Source: Armatimonadota bacterium (GTDB lineage Bacteria; Armatimonadota; UBA5829; DTLH01). From it: DNA of 34,276 nt. How positions within the stretch are numbered: position 1 is the stretch's first letter; each line of letters begins with the position of its first letter. The notes under the pieces were generated by a model. The model ran no database searches. It was not told the DNA's origin and worked only from the letters and a program-made list of their open reading frames with translations. Shown piece after piece: positions 19,261 through 29,562 of the stretch. Made by a program: the position numbers and the translations under genes. Location of the stretch: positions 1 through 34,276 of the forward strand of contig JBDKUN010000014.1 of NCBI GenBank assembly GCA_039679675.1, read 5' to 3'.

Positions 19261-22200
19261 ATGCGTAAACTGGTAGTAACAACAATCCTCTGCATTTGTG
19301 CAATTTTCTCCTTCTGTGTTTCGGCGGAATGTGCCGTCATACATGTCAGTACATCCGGCAATGACGTAAACAGCGGCGAGAGCTGGGACTTGGCTAAAAA
19401 GACTATAGCTGCAGGCTTAACTGCCGCTGTTTCCGGTGATCAAGTCTGGGTAGCCAAAGGCTTTTACAATGAATATACTACTGTGAAGTCAGGGGTGGCG
19501 CTTTATGGAGGTTTCCTCGGAAATGAGGGATCTCTAGGTGAGCGACCTGCATTTCCCAGGCCTGTTACGGATCCTGCGGAGACAATTATTGTTTCTCATT
19601 ATAACAACACTGCAATAACTGCTAGTATCGGAGCTGCAGGAGTTGATGGCTTTACGATAAAGACTTCTGATGTCGGCGGTGGTTCATCTGGAATAAATGC
19701 TCAAGGTGGATCAACAGTTGTATGCAACAACACTATAATAGGGCAGTGGGACTGCGGTGTATATTGTACAGGCCCAACCATCGTAACAAACAACCACATC
19801 ATTTCCTGCAGGACCTATGGCATATATTCCTCGAACGGTTCCCCTACTATCGCAAACAATATAATAGCCGGTAATGGATACGGCGGAATTTATTGTACAA
19901 CCACATCTTCAGCAACCATTACAAACAATACGATTTTGGACAATAGTACAAACAAAGATTATGGCGGCGGAATTGTCTGTAGTTCCGCTACGGTCACTAT
20001 ATCCAACAACATAATTGCATTTAACCGGTCAGGGATAACTACTACACAAACAACAAGCAGTCCTGTACTGAATAACAATTGTGTCTACAATCCTGAAGGA
20101 ACCAATTACATAGGCTTATCCGCCGGAACTGGAGACTTTTCTGAAGATCCAAAGATCGTTTCAGCAGAATATCAGCTGATACATCTCAGGCAAGATTCCC
20201 CTTGTATTAATGCAGGTAATAATAGCCGAGTGCAAAGCGGCTGGGTAGATACCGATGGCCTATCGCGCATATATGATTCAACTGTAGATATGGGTGCTGA
20301 TGAGTATGATAGTACCGAGTGGAGTTCAGAGCACGCTATTGTCCGTGTCAGTCCTTCCGGTGATGATGTAAATAACGGCTCCACATGGCAGCTTGCAAAA
20401 CGGACACTAAAGGCTGCTATTGAACAGGCAGCCACCACCGGCGGTGAAGTATGGGTTGCAGCCGGAGTTTATAACGAGAATATATATCACTACCAGTATA
20501 TTTATCTGTTCGGTGGGTTCGATGGCACTGAAAACAGTCGTATTCAGCGTGACTATAAGAAGAATCTCTCGATCCTCGACGGCGCTGGAACAACAAATCC
20601 TCTAATAACATCATTTGGTGGACTTCATTATGGAACTATCGATGGCTTCGTTATCAGAAATGCCAGTCCGTCAGGAAATAACTGCAGTATCTGCTGCCAC
20701 AATACAGATATAACAATATCGAATAACCTGTTCATCGGTAATAAAAGCAGTGCGATCGGTTGCTATAGCGCCTCACCTAGAATATTGAATAATATCATCA
20801 AGAGCAGCACATCTTCGTATACAAGTGGTATCCGCTGTTCATATTCTCCAGCACCTTTGATCGCTGGTAATGTTATTGCAGGAAACAGCGGGGGAAACGG
20901 AATTTGTATCTACAGTGAATCATCCTCACCATCAATAGTAAACAATACAATTATTGGAAACTCAGGTGGTGTAGCAGTATATTTATCAAACTCCCCTGCT
21001 ACTCTTTCCAATAACATTGTAGCGTTTAACTCCGCTGGTATCTATAATACCGGCACAGGAACTGTAACTCTACGGAATAATTGTGTCTACAACCCCGACA
21101 GCTATAACTACTCAGGATTATCTGCTGGTGATGGAGATATATCAGTCAATCCGCTGGTTGTATCCGTTGAAAACAATGAGTTACACCTGCAGCCTGGCTC
21201 AGAATGCATCAACGCAGGAAACGATACAGATATAAAGAGCGGATGGGTTGATATAGATGGTGGAAGCCGAATCTATGGAGGGCGCGTAGACATAGGCGCC
21301 GATGAGTATGATGATACAATATGGACCAGCACACCTAATATAATCCGGGTCAGCACCAGGGGAAATGATGCGAATGATGGTTCCAGTTGGGACTTGGCCA
21401 AAAAGACAATCCAATCCGCGGTAGATGCCGCAGCTTCAAATGGCGAAGGAGAGATATGGGTAGCCGCCGGTGTTTACAACGAGAAAATCACGTTGTATTC
21501 AAGCACTTGTTTGTACGGCGGCTTTGCTGGAACGGAAAATGCCCGTTCCGAGCGTAATTCGAGTTTATATAGGAGCATAATTGATGGCAGCGGTGTGTAT
21601 AATGGAATAGACGCATCGCTTGCCGGTTATAAGTCCAGCGTAATTGATGGCTTTACCATTACCAATTCCTCCAGTTACGGCATTTACTGTGGTCCATCCG
21701 CCTTAACCATATCCAACAACCTGATAACATCATGCAAAAGCATTGCTATATACTCTACCGGTTCTACGAAAGCCTATAACAACAAGATCATCAAGAACAA
21801 AGGCAGTGTTAATGCCGGATCGAACTCTGAGATAGTCGGCAATACCATTACTGGAAACATCCCACTTGGTGGGATAGTATCCTCGGGAGGTTCCCAGCTA
21901 ATTGCTAACAATTTGATTTCTGGAAACATGGTAAGTGATGGTGGCATTGATTGCATTTCATGCGATTCAGCGGTGATCGAAAACAACATTATTCTAGGAA
22001 ACACCTTGTATTCAGGCAATGGCGGTAGAACAGGAGGGATACTATGCCGAAGCAATAGCACTGGCATAATCCGCAACAATACAATTAAGGGAAACTATGG
22101 TTATGGAATATATAGTTACTCCTCAGTTGGTACCATAGCCATTATTAGTAACACTTTAGTTGGAAATACATATTCCGATGGTGGTGCCATATACCTGAAT

Positions 22201-25200
22201 AATTCTCCAGCTAATGTAATCAACAACATTGTAGCATTTAACTCATCCGGAATAGCTATACCAACTGGTAATACGGCTAGCGTGGTACTACGCAACAACT
22301 GTGTATATAACCCGAATGGGACAAACTACACTGGTTTATCCGCAGGAGACGGCGATATATCCACAGACCCCAAGTTTGTATCGAACGGTTATGGGGATGT
22401 TCACCTGCAGTCTGATTCTCCCTGCATTAATACAGGTGACAGCAGCGTAGTCGGAACCGACTGGCTGGATATGGACGGTGAAAACCGAATCTATGGAGAA
22501 AACGTCGATATCGGCGCTGATGAGTTTGATGGCACCATCCGTATTTTCAGTCCGAGAACCATCCGAGTCAGTCCGACTGGAGATGATCTCAATGATGGTT
22601 CCAGTTGGTACCTGGCAAAAAGAACAATAAACGCCGGTATATCTGAAGCTTCTATAGATGGCGGAGAAGTTTGGGTTGCAGCAGGCACTTACAACGAAAA
22701 TGTCATACTTCTTCCTTACACTTATCTCTACGGAGGATTTGCAGGTAACGAAGTTGAGAGGTCTGCTAGAGATTATAAGGCAAATTCTACAATAATCAAC
22801 GGCGGAGCCGCAGAAAGTGCCGTATTAGCTGCTTATATTCCCAGCAGTGCTGTTTCAGGAATTGACGGCTTTAGAATCCAGAATGGCTCCGGCTCTCCAA
22901 TATCCGCCAAAATGTATGGCGGCGGTATTTTCTGCTACTACGCATCACCCGTGATCGAAAATAACACCATAACCGGAAATGTCGCCACCTACGGAGGTGG
23001 GATCGGATTATCGAACTCATCCTCACGAATAACAAATAACAGAATCACTGCAAACAGCAGCGGTTCGGGCAGCGGAATATACTGCGATAAGTCATCCCCT
23101 ATCATAGACAACAATATTATCCTGGGGAATATTGGCGGTACCAACGGGCAAGGCGGAATATACCTCAACAATTCACCGGCCCAAATACTTAACAATACAG
23201 TATCAGGCAACTCCGGTTCAGGAGGAATTGTTTGTTACACTTCATCTGCAGTCATCGCAAACAACGTAATTAGTGCTAATTACAGCTATGGTTTATGGCT
23301 TTCCGGAAGTCCTTCGGCATTGGTAGTCAACAACAGCATTGCAGGACATGATATAGGACTCTGGTGTGCAAATTCATCTCCTACTATAGTTAACAATCTA
23401 ATCACTCACAATGATAGTGCGGGAGTATATGTAAGCGGGACAACCAGTTCGCCCATATTGAAAAACAACTGCATTTATACTCTTAACGGCGTTAACTATA
23501 CCGGCATAACTGATAAAACCGGAAAAGACGGTAATATTTCCGTTGATCCTAAAATTGCGTCCCCTGAATATGGGCAACTCTATTTACAGCCCAGTTCTCC
23601 TTGCATCGACGCAGGAGATAACAGTCTTGTTCAGGGAACATGGGTGGACAGAAACGGCCAACCACGAATACAAGATGGGAATGGAGATGCGACTGCTATT
23701 ACCGATATCGGGGCTTACGAATTTGACGGCACAGGAACCGTCTTTACACCTGTTATAATAAGAGTCAGTACAACCGGCAATGATGCAAACGAAGGAAACG
23801 ATTGGAGCCATACAAAACTAACAGTTCAGAACGCTATTGATACAGCTTTTATAAAAGGTGGTGAAGTATGGGCAGTTGCCGGTATTTACAACGAGCGGAT
23901 CATTATTCACCCTTATGTTCATCTATTCGGAGGATTCTCCGGAGCAGAAACCACCAGAGCAAAACGCGATTGGAAAACGAATAAATCGATACTGGACGGA
24001 AATGCAGGCGGTACAGTCGTTACATTTAATACAGGCCAGAATGCTGCTTCATCCGAAATAGATGGTTTTACCATACGTAATGGAAATTCCACATCAGGTG
24101 CAGGCATTTTTTGTAATTTAAATGTATCACCCAAAATAGCGAACAATACCATAGCAGAAAATGCCGGATGCGGGCTAAAGCTCTACTACGCTTCTCCGAT
24201 AATCACCGGAAACACCATTACCAAGAATAATTGCGGTGCTTATTTGTTTTACGCAAACGGCACGTTTTCTAACAATGTAGTCAGTGAGAATACCCTGCCT
24301 TATGGTAATGGCGGAGGCGTATACATCCAAAGCGGATCCGTAGATTTCAGAGACAATATAATAAGTGGAAATTCCGCTGCGAACGGCGGTGGGATATATC
24401 ATTCCAGTTTTGATACTCCAATCTGGAACTGCGTTATAAAAGACAATACCGCGACTCAAGGCGGAGGAATATATTGCTATTCGTCTGAGATAGTAACCAA
24501 TAACATCATCTCCGGTAATTCCGCAACTTCAGGAAGCGGAATATATATAAATCTTACAGCGTCACCTCTGATTACCAGCAATACAATCGTCAGAAATCTC
24601 GGAAATTGCAGAAGCATCTATATATGCGAGGCTTCACCGCGTATAAACAACAATATAATCGCATTTAACTCAGGCGGTATAGAGAAGTCTTCCAGCACCG
24701 GTAGTCCGACGCTTACGAATAACTGTGTATATAACCCATCAGGCACCAATTATGTCAATCTGACTGCGGGAGGAACGAATATTTCCGTTGATCCCGGACT
24801 CACATTTGATTATCATCTGCTTACGAACTCTCCATGTATCAATGCAGGGACGAATTCCGCCTATGTTATGTCTCAATATGATATGGACGGAGAGAACAGA
24901 ATATTTGCAGGCACAATAGACATTGGGGCCGATGAGTTCTACTGTCCTCCGCTTATTGCTTCAGGCGTTAAAAATGCACAGGATGGCTGCTTCGTATATC
25001 TCGATGCGCCGGTTGTCAGCGCGGTTTTCAGCGACTGTCTTTATGTGGAAGCAGAGGATAGGTCCTCTGGTATAAGAGTATTCAAACAGCCTAACTCCTT
25101 GATCCCCGGTAAGAAGGTAAATGTAATGGGTTGGATTAGAACGACACCTAACGGTGAACGTTATATCAACGCAAGCTACATTCCCATTATAGGTGACGGA

Positions 25201-25566
25201 AGTATCGAACCGGTCTTCCTTACAAACCGGAACCTTGGCGGAGGAGATTGGAATTTCGATCCATCGGCAGGAACAGGCCAGCGCGGTGTAGAAGGCGGAG
25301 CAGGCCTAAACAATATAGGTATTCTGGTCAAGACTACCGGCAAGGTCACTGAAGTAGGATATAATTATTTCTACATAGATGACGGCACAAAAGCGAAAGA
25401 TTCTTCTACATATACCGGCATAAGAGTATCCTGCGGCAGCCTATCCATGCCTAAGCCAGACCAAACAGTATTGGTGACTGGAATCAGCACAATAATCAAT
25501 ATAGCAGGCAAATATTTTAGATGTATTCGTGTAAGGACTGCTGATGATATTCAGCCGCTTCAATAG
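19261..25566 (+). CDS. Second giant secreted protein (~2101 aa): five tandem beta-helix modules plus shared C-terminal module; paralog of 444-6851
   Basis: AAGGAG RBS; signal peptide MRKLVVTTILCICAIFSFCVSAECA; five modules bounded by G.D...G..W...K.T and D(I/M)GA(D/Y)E motifs; C-terminal GLNNIGILV...YFYIDDG. Confidence 0.88.
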   Translation: MRKLVVTTILCICAIFSFCVSAECAVIHVSTSGNDVNSGESWDLAKKTIAAGLTAAVSGDQVWVAKGFYNEYTTVKSGVALYGGFLGNEGSLGERPAFPRPVTDPAETIIVSHYNNTAITASIGAAGVDGFTIKTSDVGGGSSGINAQGGSTVVCNNTIIGQWDCGVYCTGPTIVTNNHIISCRTYGIYSSNGSPTIANNIIAGNGYGGIYCTTTSSATITNNTILDNSTNKDYGGGIVCSSATVTISNNIIAFNRSGITTTQTTSSPVLNNNCVYNPEGTNYIGLSAGTGDFSEDPKIVSAEYQLIHLRQDSPCINAGNNSRVQSGWVDTDGLSRIYDSTVDMGADEYDSTEWSSEHAIVRVSPSGDDVNNGSTWQLAKRTLKAAIEQAATTGGEVWVAAGVYNENIYHYQYIYLFGGFDGTENSRIQRDYKKNLSILDGAGTTNPLITSFGGLHYGTIDGFVIRNASPSGNNCSICCHNTDITISNNLFIGNKSSAIGCYSASPRILNNIIKSSTSSYTSGIRCSYSPAPLIAGNVIAGNSGGNGICIYSESSSPSIVNNTIIGNSGGVAVYLSNSPATLSNNIVAFNSAGIYNTGTGTVTLRNNCVYNPDSYNYSGLSAGDGDISVNPLVVSVENNELHLQPGSECINAGNDTDIKSGWVDIDGGSRIYGGRVDIGADEYDDTIWTSTPNIIRVSTRGNDANDGSSWDLAKKTIQSAVDAAASNGEGEIWVAAGVYNEKITLYSSTCLYGGFAGTENARSERNSSLYRSIIDGSGVYNGIDASLAGYKSSVIDGFTITNSSSYGIYCGPSALTISNNLITSCKSIAIYSTGSTKAYNNKIIKNKGSVNAGSNSEIVGNTITGNIPLGGIVSSGGSQLIANNLISGNMVSDGGIDCISCDSAVIENNIILGNTLYSGNGGRTGGILCRSNSTGIIRNNTIKGNYGYGIYSYSSVGTIAIISNTLVGNTYSDGGAIYLNNSPANVINNIVAFNSSGIAIPTGNTASVVLRNNCVYNPNGTNYTGLSAGDGDISTDPKFVSNGYGDVHLQSDSPCINTGDSSVVGTDWLDMDGENRIYGENVDIGADEFDGTIRIFSPRTIRVSPTGDDLNDGSSWYLAKRTINAGISEASIDGGEVWVAAGTYNENVILLPYTYLYGGFAGNEVERSARDYKANSTIINGGAAESAVLAAYIPSSAVSGIDGFRIQNGSGSPISAKMYGGGIFCYYASPVIENNTITGNVATYGGGIGLSNSSSRITNNRITANSSGSGSGIYCDKSSPIIDNNIILGNIGGTNGQGGIYLNNSPAQILNNTVSGNSGSGGIVCYTSSAVIANNVISANYSYGLWLSGSPSALVVNNSIAGHDIGLWCANSSPTIVNNLITHNDSAGVYVSGTTSSPILKNNCIYTLNGVNYTGITDKTGKDGNISVDPKIASPEYGQLYLQPSSPCIDAGDNSLVQGTWVDRNGQPRIQDGNGDATAITDIGAYEFDGTGTVFTPVIIRVSTTGNDANEGNDWSHTKLTVQNAIDTAFIKGGEVWAVAGIYNERIIIHPYVHLFGGFSGAETTRAKRDWKTNKSILDGNAGGTVVTFNTGQNAASSEIDGFTIRNGNSTSGAGIFCNLNVSPKIANNTIAENAGCGLKLYYASPIITGNTITKNNCGAYLFYANGTFSNNVVSENTLPYGNGGGVYIQSGSVDFRDNIISGNSAANGGGIYHSSFDTPIWNCVIKDNTATQGGGIYCYSSEIVTNNIISGNSATSGSGIYINLTASPLITSNTIVRNLGNCRSIYICEASPRINNNIIAFNSGGIEKSSSTGSPTLTNNCVYNPSGTNYVNLTAGGTNISVDPGLTFDYHLLTNSPCINAGTNSAYVMSQYDMDGENRIFAGTIDIGADEFYCPPLIASGVKNAQDGCFVYLDAPVVSAVFSDCLYVEAEDRSSGIRVFKQPNSLIPGKKVNVMGWIRTTPNGERYINASYIPIIGDGSIEPVFLTNRNLGGGDWNFDPSAGTGQRGVEGGAGLNNIGILVKTTGKVTEVGYNYFYIDDGTKAKDSSTYTGIRVSCGSLSMPKPDQTVLVTGISTIINIAGKYFRCIRVRTADDIQPLQ

Positions 25567-25596
25567 GTAATTTATGGATATTTCAGCAAATGGCAA

Positions 25597-25632
25597 ACAA
25601 CTCCACCTGATGTAATCATCAGGTGGAGTTGT
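25597..25632. terminator. Bidirectional terminator-like hairpin between convergent genes
   Basis: Perfect 16-bp stem ACAACTCCACCTGATG/CATCAGGTGGAGTTGT with TAAT loop. Confidence 0.75.
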
Positions 25633-25676
25633 AATCTACAATCAGGCCCGCAACTTCATTCAGGAATTGGTGGAGC

Positions 25677-28600
25677 TTAGCTGGGCGGGTTTACCAACCG
25701 TGCTTCTATGAAACGTTCACCGGCGATCATTACCAGCTTGCCTATCACCCTGACACTGCTTCCTTCTTCAACATCGCCGTCCCAGAGAACGCCAATTCCT
25801 GCATACCGGTCCCCTTCTTCGATATAAAACTTACCTGAGAACACAGCGGTCACGACTTTGGCGTCCAACAAAACACCAAAACCATCAGGCAGAGCCTTCG
25901 CAGCCGCTATATCCGATGCAGAGGTGACAGCAAGAATGCCTGACGATGATCCCTGGCTGGTCATTCCTACACCGTTCGTCGCCCGAACGGTAAAAAAGTA
26001 CTCTTTGCCGGAGGTCAGCGACAATCCTGTCTTTATAACCTGCGTTGATGTGCCTGCATCCGTCCAATTCAAGACGTCTGCAGCGCCTTCCGAGGTACCT
26101 ATCGCATATTCGTACTTAGATATGCCTGTATCAGGGTCTTCCGACTGCCAGGATGCGGAGAGGCTGGTCAAATCCGTAGTATACGATGAAGGTACGCTGA
26201 CAACAGGCTGCGTTGGCGGATCGTCATCATATTTCACTGTAACAGATCCGGAACCGCTCTTGCTCCATACCACAAGGCCGTAACAGCCTTCGCCAGGCAA
26301 CTGAAAGGAAAGCCTTTCTGCACCTCCTGGCCCGGCGGTATCCGATTCCGCAATGCTATCCTGGCGCGACTTGTAGTAGGTCGATGCCTCGCCGTCTGTT
26401 GAACCGACTACCGAAACACCAACATCGAGTCCTAAACTGGGTGTCACCAACACGCCGCACTCCCCGGACTTCGATACGCTCATATCCCAGATCTTTAGAA
26501 CGTTCCGGCTGCCGAAATTGGTCGTATATAACGTGCCAGTGTTGAGGTCGAGCAAGTGCGTAGCCCATTCTATGTTATAACCGGATGTACCTGCATACGG
26601 TAAAACTGTCGGATATATCAGATCCGGAATCGTATTTCGGTTGCAGTCTACGGCGATAAAGTCTACCGTTCCGCCACGGGTATTCGATGTAGCAATGCAA
26701 CTGGTATATCCGGCATCCGGGAACATCTGAAGGTCATAGTCGTTATTAGCAGGAGGCCGAATCCCGACCGCACACCACCCGCTCGAAACAGTAGTTGCAG
26801 AATAATAATCGGTTGTCGATGAGCTCGATTTTGTAAACGGCATGTAAGGCTGCAGTTTTTGACCTCCGACAACACCATTTCTGATAACAAGGGCATAGTC
26901 CTGATCATAGGATGAGCTATTCCCCGGAACGCCGTCTCCGACTATGTTTGCAGCCGTGACAGTCACATAATACACACCTGACGGGTTGGGCAGATATACG
27001 CATTCTACATTGTTTTTGTAGTCTCTCTGTCCACCAACAGTCGACCATCCCGACAGAAAATCGTTCCCTATGTAAGTGCCGGAATCGCCGGTAACCGTCA
27101 AATCAAGATCATTCACCCAGGCGGATGAACCAACCGTACCCGGTGCATCCGACCAGACAAGTGTCACCTTAAGCGGTTGCGATGGGTCTGCGACAGTAAC
27201 ACGGTAACGCCTCGTTTGCCCTGTTTCCGTAAACAGATATTTCTGATCCTCATAATAAGTATTGGCCGGATAAAGCGCAGCTGCCAGGTCTAGTCTCCCC
27301 CATCCCTGGTCTCCGTTAGGAATATGTGCCAGCGTGCTGCCTCCGCCTCTGCCGTCTGGCCCTCCGGCCATATCTTTGGCGCTGTTTACGAGTATTGCTT
27401 TGCACATGGCGGCACTTGGGTTCGTATTATTATGCTCTGACCGCCACCACTGGCCAATAACTGCCAACGCGCCGCTTACGGCTGGAGCTGCCTGGGACGT
27501 ACCGCTCATCCACGCATAGTCTTCTGCACCATCGATAACTTTCTGGTAAGGGTTGGAAGGATCATCATATTTGCCCAGATTGTCCGCGCTATAAGATTTC
27601 ATGGATGAAATATTCACGCCGGGAGCAACTATAGTTGGAGCCAGACGGCCATCCACGCAGGGGCCGCGGCTGCTGAACGATGCGACGCCATTAATATCGG
27701 TCGATGAACCGCCGCCGCTCCCAAGCGGCATATCCAGCCGGTAATTCTCACTTGCACCTACGGTAATTATGTTTTTCGCTTCTTTAGGCTCGTATAAGGT
27801 GGTTGTATTTGGGCCTGCATTTCCGCTTGAAAACACCATAGCGATGGGTTGTGCGCCGATTGTCTGCCGGTCCGCATCTCTTACTAATGAATCGAACTCT
27901 CTGCAAACTGCAGTATAGCCTTGGCCAGGTTCATTGCCCCAAAACCAGCTGTTATTGGATACAAATGCCCCCGACCGGACTGAATCACGGGTAAGCACTC
28001 CCCAGCCATCCATCGGGGGAAACTGTGCCGCCAGAACTGCAGGCTGGATGTAGAGACTGCATCCAGGAGCTACCCCCTGCCCATAAAGAAAACCGTTATC
28101 GTCCACCACGCCCAAATCTGCAGTCCCGGCTATAATCCCGGCAACATGTGTCCCATGGCCGTTTGTATCCGTAGGCGGCACAAACGGGTACCCGGTTGCA
28201 ACTGATAGGATTCTTCCCTGAAGGTCAGCATGCACAGTCGCAGGGTTGTTCGTATCGCAGCCGGTGTCGATAACAGCTACAATCGAGCCGCTCCCATCAA
28301 ACCCCATATCGTTTAACCAATATGAATACGACGGAACGGAAAACGGTACTCCGCTCGTATAGTTGCTCGCCGTGTAGTTTCCTGCGGTTATCTGACAGGC
28401 GACCTCGTCATCCAACCCGTACTGCGCCGAAGTCTTCTCGATTCGGAGCACTCTGGGAAGTTGGGCTATCTTTTGGATGATCGAAGCATCCGCCGAAAAC
28501 CAGGCGTCTACAGCGGGAATATTGGCAGCAAGCGGCGTTTCCATCTTTTTTACGAGCTTTGCGCCCATATACACGATCTTATTTATCGTCGCATCGGATG

Positions 28601-29225
28601 GATCATCATATATAGTGACCGACAGATAATCGATCTTGCCTTTCAAGGTGTCGAGTTTTTTCTGTATCTTATACGCGGGATGGTATGGGCTCTTCCATGA
28701 AACAAATTGTCTTTTTCCGAATTCAGACGCCTTCGATGGGTCAGCCCAGACAAGATATGTGTTCTCCGGTATATAGCTTACGATACGGCCGCCGGACTTT
28801 TCTATCTCCCTCACCCACTCCGACTTGACGGGCCCCTTAAGATGTATCAGGTAAAACATCGGAGAGCCCGATGTCTCGGTCGCCGACAGTGTTTTAGACA
28901 GAGTCTGCACTCCCTTGCGCACATCGAAAGACCTATCCTGAAGCTCAATGATATCTGCATTTTTCTCTTCATTGAATCTGACTTTTGCAGCTTTGAGTGC
29001 CTTTACAGAAGACGCTGTTACTTCGACAATGGAAAACCCGCCGTAATCTATCCGGTTCAGCACGTCGATTTGGGAAAGTTTCGGCAGGTCAGCAGCAGGC
29101 ACCCTCAACTTGACTGTTTGCTGCGCAGCCGCATTTGAGGCGACAGCAAGCATCAGCATAGCGAAAACAAACGTTATACCGCACCATGTCAGGATCTTTT
29201 GATATTTAAGAAGTCGAAATGGCAT
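25677..29225 (-). CDS. Secreted S8 subtilisin-family serine protease (KP-43-like) with FN3-like domain and half of the shared C-terminal module
   Basis: Triad motifs VAVIDTG, GHGTHVAG, GTSQAAP; oxyanion SSGNAG; KVTLVWSD...VNDLDL...NNVECV; FN3-like LSASW...YEYAIGT...YFFTVRATN; signal peptide. Confidence 0.92.
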   Translation of the reverse strand: MPFRLLKYQKILTWCGITFVFAMLMLAVASNAAAQQTVKLRVPAADLPKLSQIDVLNRIDYGGFSIVEVTASSVKALKAAKVRFNEEKNADIIELQDRSFDVRKGVQTLSKTLSATETSGSPMFYLIHLKGPVKSEWVREIEKSGGRIVSYIPENTYLVWADPSKASEFGKRQFVSWKSPYHPAYKIQKKLDTLKGKIDYLSVTIYDDPSDATINKIVYMGAKLVKKMETPLAANIPAVDAWFSADASIIQKIAQLPRVLRIEKTSAQYGLDDEVACQITAGNYTASNYTSGVPFSVPSYSYWLNDMGFDGSGSIVAVIDTGCDTNNPATVHADLQGRILSVATGYPFVPPTDTNGHGTHVAGIIAGTADLGVVDDNGFLYGQGVAPGCSLYIQPAVLAAQFPPMDGWGVLTRDSVRSGAFVSNNSWFWGNEPGQGYTAVCREFDSLVRDADRQTIGAQPIAMVFSSGNAGPNTTTLYEPKEAKNIITVGASENYRLDMPLGSGGGSSTDINGVASFSSRGPCVDGRLAPTIVAPGVNISSMKSYSADNLGKYDDPSNPYQKVIDGAEDYAWMSGTSQAAPAVSGALAVIGQWWRSEHNNTNPSAAMCKAILVNSAKDMAGGPDGRGGGSTLAHIPNGDQGWGRLDLAAALYPANTYYEDQKYLFTETGQTRRYRVTVADPSQPLKVTLVWSDAPGTVGSSAWVNDLDLTVTGDSGTYIGNDFLSGWSTVGGQRDYKNNVECVYLPNPSGVYYVTVTAANIVGDGVPGNSSSYDQDYALVIRNGVVGGQKLQPYMPFTKSSSSTTDYYSATTVSSGWCAVGIRPPANNDYDLQMFPDAGYTSCIATSNTRGGTVDFIAVDCNRNTIPDLIYPTVLPYAGTSGYNIEWATHLLDLNTGTLYTTNFGSRNVLKIWDMSVSKSGECGVLVTPSLGLDVGVSVVGSTDGEASTYYKSRQDSIAESDTAGPGGAERLSFQLPGEGCYGLVVWSKSGSGSVTVKYDDDPPTQPVVSVPSSYTTDLTSLSASWQSEDPDTGISKYEYAIGTSEGAADVLNWTDAGTSTQVIKTGLSLTSGKEYFFTVRATNGVGMTSQGSSSGILAVTSASDIAAAKALPDGFGVLLDAKVVTAVFSGKFYIEEGDRYAGIGVLWDGDVEEGSSVRVIGKLVMIAGERFIEARLVNPPS

Positions 29226-29562
29226 ATAATAATTACTCGTACTGCACGAACTCTACAATGTTATCGACGATTGCAACTAATCGCTTGTTCCTATAGGCTG
29301 AAATCATCTACAGAGTTTCAGGGATAAAGTAACAGCCTTACAACTACATAAACAGTTCTCTGATGCAGCTATATCTGTTGATTTTACACTTATACCTGAA
29401 ACTTTCCCGGAGGATTTTCGGCAACAGATAATATATGACTGACCATTAATTAATCAGCCGAAAATCTGTAAATGCCAGCCCGGTTTCTTTGCAGTAATTG
29501 CATTCTAGCACATATTATCGGAAATTATCGGCAACTGTTGGATATTCTGTATACCGATTACG

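Noticed and set aside
444..25566. Diversity-generating retroelement or invertible locus involving the two oppositely oriented giant genes
   Set aside because: No reverse transcriptase, template repeat or site-specific recombinase in the window; differences between repeats are not confined to adenines; the two genes look too diverged at DNA level for easy inversion
29372..29430. Inverted repeat TATCTGTTG/CAACAGATA upstream of the S8 protease
   Set aside because: 9-bp arms 41 bp apart in AT-rich DNA; compatible with chance
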